A stretch of 64,000 nucleotides of DNA. It comes from Tubulanus polymorphus. Lineage: Eukaryota; Animalia; Nemertea. Positions 51,901 to 64,000 of this stretch are shown one piece after another (position 1 is the stretch's first letter; every line of letters begins with the position of its first letter). Under the pieces are notes generated by a model, which saw only the letters and a list, made by a program, of their open reading frames with translations, was not told the DNA's origin and searched no databases. The position numbers and the translations under genes are program-made. The stretch spans positions 20,993,101 to 21,057,100 of the forward strand of contig NC_134025.1 in assembly GCF_964204645.1 (NCBI RefSeq), read 5' to 3'.

Positions 51901-52371
51901 GATAAAGACGAATTTCTTTTTGACTACACAGCAATTAAGAAGTTGGAAAGTACGAGTTTTTTCATCTTTTTTTCAATATGTAATTTTGCTAAAATTTCTA
52001 ATTTTCTGTCATACAAGTGTAGTAGACACTTTGATAAAGAATAAACAACTACTACATAATTCGCGTGATCGAATTGAAACTGTTTGTGAAGGTGATAGAA
52101 ATGATCGGTAATTTTCAAACTGAGGACATTCCATGAAAAAATTAAATTCACTTTATAAGCACTCTGTATAAACAAGTTCGCCAGTAACAAAGTTGCCTGG
52201 TGAAAATGAGTCAATCGAATCAGTTCTCTAAATCTTGTCTTTCGGACTAATAAAGGCTTCCGATGCACTTCATAAAGTTATTCATAAATTTATTTTTTTC
52301 TGTGAACCTTTCCACTATACGGTGTGTTTGAGAGCATGACAATGAGAAAGAAGGTAATACTCAGACAATAT
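45920..52371 (-). CDS. Secreted cysteine-rich prepropeptide B (start exon not located); exons 52371-52321, 51892-51870, 51053-50994, 50126-49974, 46179-45920
   Basis: Phase-consistent splice gives YCLSITFFLIVMLSNTPVTA|INSVGLCPLGCFEKINGDSCECSRDLEPVEASRHINVERRQYPDGMDKRINGFLDEDVDSEDLITPRRSTGYLLKKRPRKLRRFREARTECPNYCTGVKTENGRTVCECKSGRRLAIFGAGSKGIGKNAKPSYRECIVSGDPSKYLCVPISDKECICYERE*. It has three 4-Cys modules and the same exon layout as gene A. The first two exons are less certain than the last three. Confidence 0.7.
46753..47030 (+). mobile_element. Decayed CR1-type non-LTR reverse transcriptase fragment
   Basis: Frameshifted remnants DLSKAF, HCYGIR, WFRSYLDKRKMYV, PQGSVFGPLLFLLYTNDL and LFADE (FADD-like). 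Confidence 0.7.
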
Positions 52372-55300
52372 CTATCAATACAGTTATAGCATCAGTAATA
52401 ACAGAAATCTATCCTATCTTCAAAAGGTAGGATTTCTGCCTGATTCTTGATTGTATCTCGTATAACCTTTGTAACTATAGGATACGACTTCGTTCAAGCC
52501 TAATTAAGCTTCTCTCGGGTATTCGCAAAATGATAATTCTTTAATTTTGACCAGCTTTCAGAGTCTTTAAACGGTATTCCATAGAACGTTCGTATAAATC
52601 TTATTCATACGGAATCAACAGGGTTTTGGCATCACAACTGACACCGAATCTGTACGTGTTAAACGCCTACGGTCTGTTTTCACGCGTTATAGGAATCTTC
52701 ACCAAATGATACGCATCATACGTAGGTCTATGCGTTTGGTCAGACAGAAAAAGAATTTTGATTTTGATAATGACACGAATATTTTAATGGAGAATGACTT
52801 CCGATTGCCCAGTGGTGAACTCCCCAATAGACACGGATGGATGATGTCCATTAAAGCGGTGTGTATCATCTCGTCAGAGTCACTTTCATTACTGATGAAT
52901 TAATAATCAGAACGGCTACGTTAAAAGCATTGCCTCCGTTTATAATCACAATGTGGATGTAACGCTTAATTTGAAAGTTCATATTCACAACCGACGCGCA
53001 TTAACTTTACACGCATCTTTTGCAAAATCCACTGCTGTATTTCCCTGAGGGCGCGCGTTGAAATTTATAAATCATCCGAATTCTGTATATGTTAAAAGTT
53101 ACTGACAAGGCTAAAAACTGATCCCTTGTTTCTCATTTCTGCTGAGCTTAAGAGTTGACCCAGCCGGCCGCCTATCTACCCTGTACCTACTTTTTAAAAA
53201 ATCTAATATATATGAACTAATTACTAATTCTATTGCAAAGTGACCCGACCGTTTGGGAGAAATAAGGTATCAATCGATTTCACTCTGGCCTAAAACATCA
53301 GCAGGGTACTCGTATGGACTAAGTAAAATACTCTTCTTCGGGGAGGTTCGAGTGCTACATTACATTAACGGACTATTTAATTGCTCGTGCGGGTGGTAAT
53401 GTACCCGGTATACGAATTAAAAATTAATCAGCTCAAGCGCTTTTGCTGTCGGATTCAGAAGATTTTGCTTGAATAGATATGAATGCCTAATAGGCAAATC
53501 GATGCACGAATCTAGAATACTAGAACGTATTTTCAATGCGAATGCCTTATCCTAATAGATATATTCGAAACTAATTGAAGGGTTGCTTTTCGGTGAGAAA
53601 CTATAAGAAAATGATTCAAATCGATCCATTTCGATTCATTTCGGTTAGTTCATAAAGATATGAAAATTTGAGAAAAACATTGTGGCAGCTTCTCTACGCA
53701 AGCCATCTTATCTTCTCTACGCAAACCTTATGCGCGGTCGTTAACAGAGTGAAAGAAATTAAAAACTAGACTGAAGTCGGATTGGGTTTAAGTATTTCAG
53801 TGTGGCATGAGCCCAAATGTCCTATATGCATCGTAACAGTTGCCTGATGCTGTATAACAATATGTGCATTATTTGTTACATTAAAGTGGGTTTTTAAGAT
53901 ATCAAAGATAGGTTTTTAATTTTTCGTTTCGGGCTATGTAAACTATATCAAAGGACTGTAGACATTACGCGAGTACGAAAAAACCTGAATCCGTGTATAA
54001 ACAACGCGGAAATCCCCTAAAATAACCATCATTAAGTCCATATCAATTTTGATTAATCAACCAATGATGTCTTCGCTTTCCCGTCGAAATGAACAACCAA
54101 CGCCTAATTTCATATACATACATGCATGAATGATATTTCGAGCTAATTGGTTCGGTATTTGTGTACGTTTCGCGCGTCGCGGTGGAACCGAAAAATGTGG
54201 CAACTAGGCAAAAGCAACCAAGTTCAAAGATCGTGACTGATAAAAAGGCGTGTCATTCATTGAAAATGAATTGTAATAAAGTAAGGAAAATTATCTTGGA
54301 TCCCATTGATATTTCTTGAGAAAGAGTTAGCCCTATTTTAAAACAAATATACCCGAAATTTCGCATTAGAATCGGAGACGTTCTACAAACGGAACGAAGC
54401 AAGAACATGACCTTGAAAAAAACATTTCTCTGAAAATTCATTTCGTTGCTGTCGTGTTTTAAAGTCTTCTTTCCTGAAGTGACCGTTTGTCTTCATCTCA
54501 ATACAAAATACTTGATAAATAGAAAATTTTCTAGTCTGGGTCATTAGCATATATAACACCAACTAATAAAACTATCTTACGATTTCTAAGTATGACAACC
54601 CCATCATTGCCCGTGATTGCTATAGCATAGCATATGCTTAAACCGGTAGACGGCAAACTTAAAAAGTATAATATGAATTGAAGAACTTATTCTTATCAAC
54701 TGCTTTTACTTACATACGACTTTTCTTTATTCCATCGAGATTATGTTATCGTTATATTACACGGTATAGATTTTTGCCCCGTGGGTGTTTGGTTGAAATT
54801 GATAGGGGGTTCTAACGAACGATGTAGTGCATGGAGCACGAGCTTTGGGCTGGTTTTTTGTGTGTAAAATACTGCAATGGAGTATATATAAAAATAGGCA
54901 GGCAATCGGAATTGCTCAGACTTACCTGCATCTGTGCTTTGTAGGAAGACCGCGTAAACTGCAATTGAAAACGAATTTTGATAGACACATGACACAGGGA
55001 TTTTACGTACAATATTTCAATTTCAATCAGCGACGTTTTAAAAAATATCCTGCCCCAAGGCTTATATCATGAATAATGCATCGGCAGAAGTGTCATAGAC
55101 GGTTACAAATCAATCATTTTAAAGGAATTGCCCGTTTCTACTTGAAAGTTGCACTTTTTAACCACGGCTCAATGCGATCAAATACTTTTTAAAATGTACG
55201 TCATAAGCGAATAAATCATAGTATATTACTTATCAAAGCAAGTAAACTAACTTAAAAGTCTATTGGTGCCTTGAAAAATAAGCCATATATTGCTCAATAT

Positions 55301-55676
55301 TGTCGACTATTAATGATATAGTATGAATATGATATTAAGGATCAATAAAGTTATATTGGATTTGAATATATCGATAATTGAATTGACCGGCAACCAGTCT
55401 AGCCCCGATACATTGATGACGTAGTGCACATCCTCTCAAAAATAATCATCAAAATTTATAAAAAAAATAAGAGTTACGGAATATATATACCTACAAAATA
55501 AACGCCTAAATTCATAGTTGTGATCGTTATTTTGAAACGCCAATATTGATGACGTAATGCACATCGACTCACACAGAACCCGTAAAATAACGCATACTAG
55601 GTATCAATGTATATAAACATTATTGTAACGGTTTTCACGGCGTCAAGAATAGATTAAAGTATAGATTAAGTTCAAA

Positions 55677-55724
55677 TGTATGTATGTATGTATGTATGTA
55701 TGTATGTATGTATGTATATGTATG
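55677..55724. repeat. (ATGT)n microsatellite
   Basis: About 11 ATGT units with one interruption. Confidence 0.9.
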
Positions 55725-57759
55725 GCAAATAAAATACATATACATACAGAGAGCGGGGATAAGATGATAAATCAAACTCGACCGTGGAGTAAAATATTGC
55801 CGGATTAATAAAATACCGGCTAATACGCGAATCCGTTTAGACCAAATCGCGAAACGTTTTTGATTGCAGGCTTTTATCAGCGCAGATACACCTGGTTAAT
55901 GAACTATGGCAGATTCATGAAGCTTTAATGATATGACCATAAAATCGCAGCGTGCATTCTGTACATATTAACAAACAATTTAAACGTCAACTTTCAACCG
56001 TGATATGTATACTGCAGTGGATACATATACCCGAGAAATCAGAGAAAAAAGAAAATTATCACTTCATAAAAGGAAATTTCGGTTAACCTTTTATGCGGTA
56101 TCGACGCCCAGTGAAAACTATTGTTTCATTACTCGACGTAACTTCAGTCATTTTACTCTCCGTTATTTTCTTACCGTACTTTCTGTCCCGTATTTATTTA
56201 TGCATTTTTCGCTCTTTTTAAACTATTTGTGGTATAATTCTATAAGATATATTCAACCGGACCTTGGGTGGATTTATATACGTTTCATAATTTTCTAACC
56301 TCGTGAATACCTAAATTTCCAATTTTCGAGTTTTTCAACGATATATTCAACTTCTGCTATGTGCGTTATAAAAAATCAGGGTACGCGTGGAAAAAATGTT
56401 TTTCTTCAAAAGCAGTAAATGGTTATAAACTATTCTTGTAAAATGGCATTTTCTACAATTTACCTAAAATGCATCAATAGTTCTATCTGTTAAAATTGGG
56501 CTTATCTATTTGTCTTTTTCTTCTAAAAAATGAGTCTAAAAGTCTAAAAAAATCTCTCTTGTATCGCTAATTTCCAGAAAAAAACATAAATCGCATCTCA
56601 TGAATTCCTTATTTCAGTCTTTAGAACCGGTCTCTAGGTTGTTTGTTCAATAAAGTTAATGCGAAAAATATAGATTACTTCGATATCGATCCGATAGTAC
56701 TTACCAGATCAGATTTTACTTAACCATCCGAAAAGTTGGGGGAACGGGGGGGGCGTTTTGTGGTAGCTGATTAAGGATTCAAAGTTTACACGTCTTGGTA
56801 AAGTTTATAGAAGCTAACAATATTGACGTGGCATGTCTTAACTATTCAGGCCTAAAAATAAACTAAATAATTTGGTTTGTTTCCAAATGGCACGCACTTT
56901 AAAATGCAAATTATCTATATGTCCCGTATAGGTAAGCTTCCTCAATCAGCATCATCAATGTATGGAATATTATGTGATCGAATGAATTTTCGTGGATTAA
57001 AGATGTTAGGTATATATTGTAGAACAGTAAATTAATAATCGAATTCAATCTACAGGCCAACTCCAAGTTCACACATCGTAATTCTTCCTGATATAACTGT
57101 TCGAAGGTATTTTTGTTTTCAATCATGACAGGTTCGTGATGACGTTTATGATGACACTCAAGATGATGAATTTCATCGAATATCCTGAACACGAAAGAAA
57201 AACGATCGCAACTTAAACCTAGAAAGCCCTGCGCTCATTTTCACCCACGCTGAAAGAAGACACCGCCACGAATACCGATATTTACGCATTTTTCAGATAT
57301 CGCCATAAAAAGAACTTTAGATTTTAACTTTTCAACAACGACATCAATTACAATTCTAAATCCTCTGTATAATTTGTATAACTCGTTATGATTTCTTCGT
57401 AAATAAATATCATATTATTATCATCATAAATGAAAGTAATCTTAACAATACACCCTACCCGACAGGTTGTTCTGTAATTGCTATGAAAATGCTTTCAAAA
57501 GTTTGAAAAAGTTTTTTTACGCGATCATGTTTAGCAAAAGACATCTTAAATGAATATATACGTAAACCCCCACCTAAATTACGACGCAACTACGTTTGGC
57601 ATCTCTTACCCCAAACTAAGGCGAATCCAAAAATCCATAGTTGTCTGTGTCTTATCATGGCTGTGTAGTTGGATGCGATGTCACTCCGTGCTCTCGTGTT
57701 TGCACTAAGTCTGATTTCCGCTTTATACGATGATACCGTGGCTAAAAGTGGCTCCCCAG

Positions 57760-58812
<1,053 letters not shown>

Positions 58813-61800
58813 ACACCATCAAAACTTAAAGATTATGAAATTACTATTTTGGCTGAAATTATATTCGTACTCAGGCATAGATGTATGGACATTCTGGTCA
58901 TTTGTCAGCCCAATGATCCTTCGTTCCCGAAAAATGATCCGCGACGAAACCGATATTCAGGCTGACAAATTGGAATGAACAGAATCTTCGTCGTATACGC
59001 AACAAAAATTAAAACGCACCGATAAGAAATTATTCTTCCCGGCCAGACAAGATACGTCGGTAAATATTTAGTTTCTCACAGACGTACACCATTGCGTATA
59101 CCGCGAAAGGATCTGATTTCTAAGGTAAGTTTCATTCGTCGTCGCACGCAATATTGATATCAATTTGATGATGATCTTACCCCGCGTACGGCGTGGTGCA
59201 CGGGTCACGCGACTTTTTGCGTTCACTTGATACAGTTTGTTGGTATTTTCTTATTTTACCCCGATAGGAACGAAGTTGACGTGACGGTTGAATCCAATTA
59301 TCGAATTTGAAATAATGAACGTCGTGGTTACGCGATGCAAAACAGAAAAATGGGGTTGGCCACATTCCCACACGGTGATGTGTAGTATTTGTTACGAGGC
59401 ACAATATATTCAAATATTCAGATAAAATACAAACGTATATGGTAGAAAACTAAGAATGTATACACAAAATATCGGCTAGGCAAGATAACCCCCAGTTTTA
59501 AATCAAAGTTCCGCATTTCCTTCCGAATTTTGGTTTTTTCATATTCTGGAAATTTCCTGATATTTTTGCCTTAAGCTCCAGAAAACGCCCGTCTCAAGCT
59601 TCGAATATAAAAAGAATAAGACTATTTAAAAACTTTCAAGCAATTTCAAAGATTCAGAAATGCTCGTTTGCCTTCGGTGCTTGGCAGATATACGGTGCGA
59701 GGTATATATATATTTGGCAAGTTCCGCTTTCATTAGTTCTAACCCCCTCTAAAAAATCTTAGTGATGCCCTTGAATATAGCTTTCTGGGGATTCATTTGT
59801 ATTGCGAACCTGATCGGTTAGTTACCAAGGTGGTATACATTTTGTACATCATACCCAATGCCAGTATCAAAATAAGAGACCGACGCCAAAAACTTTTACC
59901 CAAAGCTGCAGGCGAAAACATCCATAACCAGTTCTAATGCAGTATATGTATATGTATATGTTGTAAAGATTAAAGAGGTTTGATATTCTCCGATTCTTAA
60001 TCTTAATTCATGAATGAATCTTTAACCGGTGATCCGTACTTAATGTTGTGGCTCCGAACACGTAAGCTCCGCGGTCATCTCCGTCATACGTTTTTGCGAA
60101 TAAGGTTTCTTATTATAGAGATATATTCGGCTGATATATCGTTACATTGCACGTCCGAAAGAAATAAGACGAAAAAAATGTCTGCGTACTGGTCCTTACT
60201 CGGTATCAGTCAACTCAGTAAATAGTTTGGTCCCTGGCATTCTCATTCGTATTCTTATCATATCGTATTGTTTATTATATTTTTTAGATCGCAAATAAAT
60301 TGCAATCACAATTACAATTTAAATCAGTGAATTATATTATACTATTAAAATTCATTTGGAAAATTTGAGCCTTCTATATTCTTTTACTTCCGTTCCCTCT
60401 CCGTATCTCGTATTACTCGGTACCCGCTCAACCAAAATATATACTGTCCCCAAGGGTACTGAGTAAAGATTCATTTCTATCGCGGACCTTCGTGGGAAGG
60501 TTTTTTAAAAGGTCTTGTTCAAATTGAATTCATCTTCATAACATCCTCCATAATATATTTCCTGATTTCACTATTTTTTCATTTCACTAAACATTTTGTG
60601 TTAGAAATATAGCCTCGATCACAAGAGCATTTTCTACCCGGGCTCAATTTGACCCGTGCCGAATTTGGCCTGTAACAACTGTTCACACGGGTGCCAAATG
60701 GACATGTACCTATATGGCCCGTGTCAAATTTGGTCTCACCAAAAACAAACCTGCGTTCAGTGAGTTAGGAAAAACTCCGTTTGGCAGATACTTTCTAAGC
60801 ATATATATACATTTTTTTCTGTATAGCCGTAATTACCACAAGCCTTGATCCCATGGTGATGATTTGGCCCGGGCCAAATTGGCATGGATCATAATACCCC
60901 GAATCAAATTTTAGCACAGTCAAATCATTGTGTGTGAATGGGGTACCCGCAAAACCGCCTATCCCGCCAGGTCGTCCGTTGTCAAAATTAGTTCATTTCA
61001 AATGAACTTTGAACAGGATTTTTAGACTCCCGAGTCCATGTATTATCACAGCACCCACCAAATACACAATACTTTCATTCTTCTAATTGGATATCGGTAT
61101 AGTTTTCTTAAATAATTGATTCATTCAAGAGAAGTCCATTTAGATTTAATTGAAATGTAGAAGAAATCGAACGCGGACGACCAAGTATCTACACTAGCGA
61201 ACCTAGGCGGATCCTCGCCTGCCATAAGTAGAATCCTCGATTGCCACAGTAGCACTGCGGTTCCGGAAGCGATTCACTTCGCTTTGTTTGAGCATTGTTA
61301 ATGATGAATAACTCAATGAACGCAGGTCGGACTTCGCACGTTTTTCCGATGCCGTCACCGATGGAGGATCCGCGAAGTTGATATTTTTTGCGAGACGACA
61401 CACCGATGATCTGTGGCAATGGGGCTTTTGTTAATTTCATAATTGCTATTTGCGAATCCGCTCTGTGGGAACTCTTTGATCCCCAGTGTTTGCGGGAAAC
61501 GATTAAAAACAAATATGAAACGGCACGATCTTTCGCAGCGTGCTGTGACGCTAGTACCCCCTAGAGGTCCATTAGTATGAAATATTGTGCGATTTTCGGC
61601 GTGGTAATTTTGAAAAGTAACATTTCGAAATTCAAAAATATACTCATGTTAATGCATTTCGCCATTATAAATGCCCGTATAGATGTAGAAAGTGGAAACG
61701 AATAGATTATTTTAAAAGTTTGTTTTTTAGGCAGTTTAATATTCGAAATCGACTAGCCATTACGAAACTATACTAAAAGCGGTGGGAGTATGTAATATCG

Positions 61801-62706
61801 AGTGCATGCCTCCGAATAAAACAAATTCGTAACACCTACAATTCTACGTTAGCCTATGGAAATTGGGGTACGGAATAGATGACTTCGACTATAGTAGATG
61901 TTGTTTTTTTTTCTTTTTATCCTATTCACGAGATTATTCATAACCACTATATCTTTGCCCGTATTATATGAAGTTTGCTGTAGTTGTTGATGTCATCGAC
62001 TGGACAGCTCTATGAATATCGTGATGGCCTATGACAGATTGTCAGCTGGCATTTGTCATGATGCACGATCTGCAAAACAAAAATCCTCACGCGCATATTT
62101 AGTGCAAAAAGGGATTTAACCTTTCTGCAATAAAGGATTCAGTAATACCTTTTAGCTGTAAGCGAAGATCGAGTAACGGAAAATGATTACACAATTCAAG
62201 ACAAGACTGTACAAAAGACTGAAAGAATTTTCGTTACAAAGCCAAAATGAGAAACAACTAAATCTTTTATTTCAGATATGCAAGTCATAAGACGATATCA
62301 GATAAAGTTACATTTTTAAAAGTTGAAAATACACAAATCCCATGTTTGGGACACGTATGCATGTGCATTCGATTAGAACATTGACAAAGATCCATGGATT
62401 TGGGTCGAAAGCTCTGGCCGAGTTTTCTAAAAAAAAAATTTAGAAAATCTATTTTCGACGTTTAAAATTCTAACTTTATTAGATAACAAACACAGATGGA
62501 CATATTTCGATCAATGGTATCAGATGAAATACCAAAATAAGCAACGCAAATGTGTAACAATTTTCCGTATGAACAAAAAATAACGTAAGAACGCGAACGT
62601 CATTCAATGACTTAATAGGCCTGTCACAAAATCAGAAAGTTCAATGTACCCATACGCTTAGATTACAGACATCGAAGTCACAGTCGATGGCTTACGCATA
62701 CAGGTA

Positions 62707-63201
62707 TCAATTGATCTCCTCAAATTCGAATGGGTTCACCAACAGATGTATGAGGACCTCGTCGTCTCTCCTTTGAAACAGCATCTCGCCCTCGAAATCT
62801 ATAAGTCGTTGTTTTCGCGCTCGCATCAACATACCGACGAGCTTATTCGATATTTTCGTGTACGTGTCGAACAGAGTTCCGAAACGGATACACCACGTCC
62901 CGTCTCGTTGGCGCTCCCCGACGTCAGAGATGATCTCGCACAGTTCTATGATTTCGCGGCTGATATGGCTCCCGGCCTGTTGCCCTCTCCGCTCGGTGGA
63001 TGACCCGGCGACTGGTTTGCCGTAATCGGGATCGTCTTTGGACAGTTTGTCCCGGTGCGAAGCGCCCTGCCATTCCGAAAACGGGTTGATCAGTTGCTTT
63101 TGGTGGTGCTCGTCGGCTTTCTTGTTCCACTGCGAAATTCTACTCGTTACGCCTTTCGATTTGCCGAGGGCTCTTCGATCCCAGGAAGTCGGCGCCGCCA
63201 T
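62707..63201 (-). CDS. ABRA: Actin-binding Rho-activating protein-like (STARS/ABRA, Costars domain), 164 aa
   Basis: QLINPFS...LSKDDPDYGKPVAGSSTERRG...REIIELCEII...IRFGTLFDTYTKISNKLVGMLMRARKQRLIDFEGEMLFQRRDDEVLIHLL is the conserved ABRA C-terminal/Costars signature. A splice acceptor lies just upstream of the ATG, suggesting a 5' UTR intron. Confidence 0.92.
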   Translation of the reverse strand: MAAPTSWDRRALGKSKGVTSRISQWNKKADEHHQKQLINPFSEWQGASHRDKLSKDDPDYGKPVAGSSTERRGQQAGSHISREIIELCEIISDVGERQRDGTWCIRFGTLFDTYTKISNKLVGMLMRARKQRLIDFEGEMLFQRRDDEVLIHLLVNPFEFEEIN

Positions 63202-64000
63202 AGTTCGTGTGTATGTATACTAAAAATACAAAATCACCTGGGGGTAAAAACTGCGCAATTATATAAGACTTTCATGACAAGCTGAAATTGGGGGAATTCC
63301 GAATGCCACTAAATGCTCCGTGTGAGGTATCGCTTTATAATAGAATTTGCAAATTTGTGTCGTTAATGAAAGTTCTAGAATCTGATATCGGCTGTGAGTA
63401 GATACACCCTACCCTCTACGTACACAGAAAGATCGTTCATGGCAATATCAATTTCAGTACGGCTGATAATCGGTTTCCATCGTGATGGTATTTTTCGACG
63501 ATTGCTTTGTCATCGCCGAAATTCATTAGGCGATAATTCAAAGAACCGCCGAGAGCCGAATGACAATAGCAACCGAATAATAAAAAATGACAATCTAAAA
63601 TACACTTTCGTTGTCAGGCAATTTATGAAAGTTTAAACAGTGCTACTCCTCCGCCAGAGGAGGTTTTAAATGTATATCAAAAGGCGAAATAATGGAACTT
63701 GCAATTATTGAAACGAAAAGAAATATGGAAAAACAAAATATTTAGTGTCCCTAATCCAGTTCGTAGTTCCCTGTTAGTCTCAATTTAGGCGATAAGAAAT
63801 ATACATTTCGGGTACAAATCCAGAGTTAAGATTTGAGATAAGGCCAGCCCACTGTTTGGCAAAATAGATAGTTGAAACTAATGAATTCATCTAATTCCTC
63901 GTTTATTTAATTCCTAGTTTATGTTCGATGGGCTAAGGAATAAATTTCTTCGAAAAAAAAAACTGGGTCCCGACGACGGTCATTTTAATCTGATCACTAA

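Noticed and set aside
56911-57192. 93-aa His-rich minus-strand ORF with an upstream acceptor
   Set aside because: No recognisable domain or partner exons. It may be UTR or chance.

Overview
AT-rich, intron-containing animal (invertebrate-type) genomic DNA with no prokaryotic features. I built gene models by hand from GT-AG boundaries and intron phase. In order they are: (1) the 3' part of an LRR + EF-hand gene (+); (2) two tandem 12-exon paralogous type I membrane receptors (-, 2499-8016 and 12489-17355) in which a WSC domain appears nested inside the first C-type lectin domain; (3) a small 5-exon orphan gene (+) between them, ending in CCCRRCK; (4) an intact 8-exon DERA gene; (5) a 3-exon coiled-coil/acidic orphan gene; (6) two tandem paralogous secreted prepropeptide genes (-, 32359-39662 and 45920-52371), largely invisible in the ORF track; (7) an ABRA/Costars gene. 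The two prepropeptide genes together encode five copies of a four-cysteine module (C-P-x2-C-x7-11-C-x-C, one copy divergent) with dibasic cleavage and amidation signals. They are the best candidate here for an undescribed bioactive-peptide system (toxin, antimicrobial or neuropeptide). The window also holds two adjacent spacerless palindromes centred on (TA)n, palindromic elements with hammerhead-like cores, a LINE/SINE pair with similar 3' tails, and many MITEs. All gene models are predictions without transcript support, and novelty cannot be confirmed without database searches.
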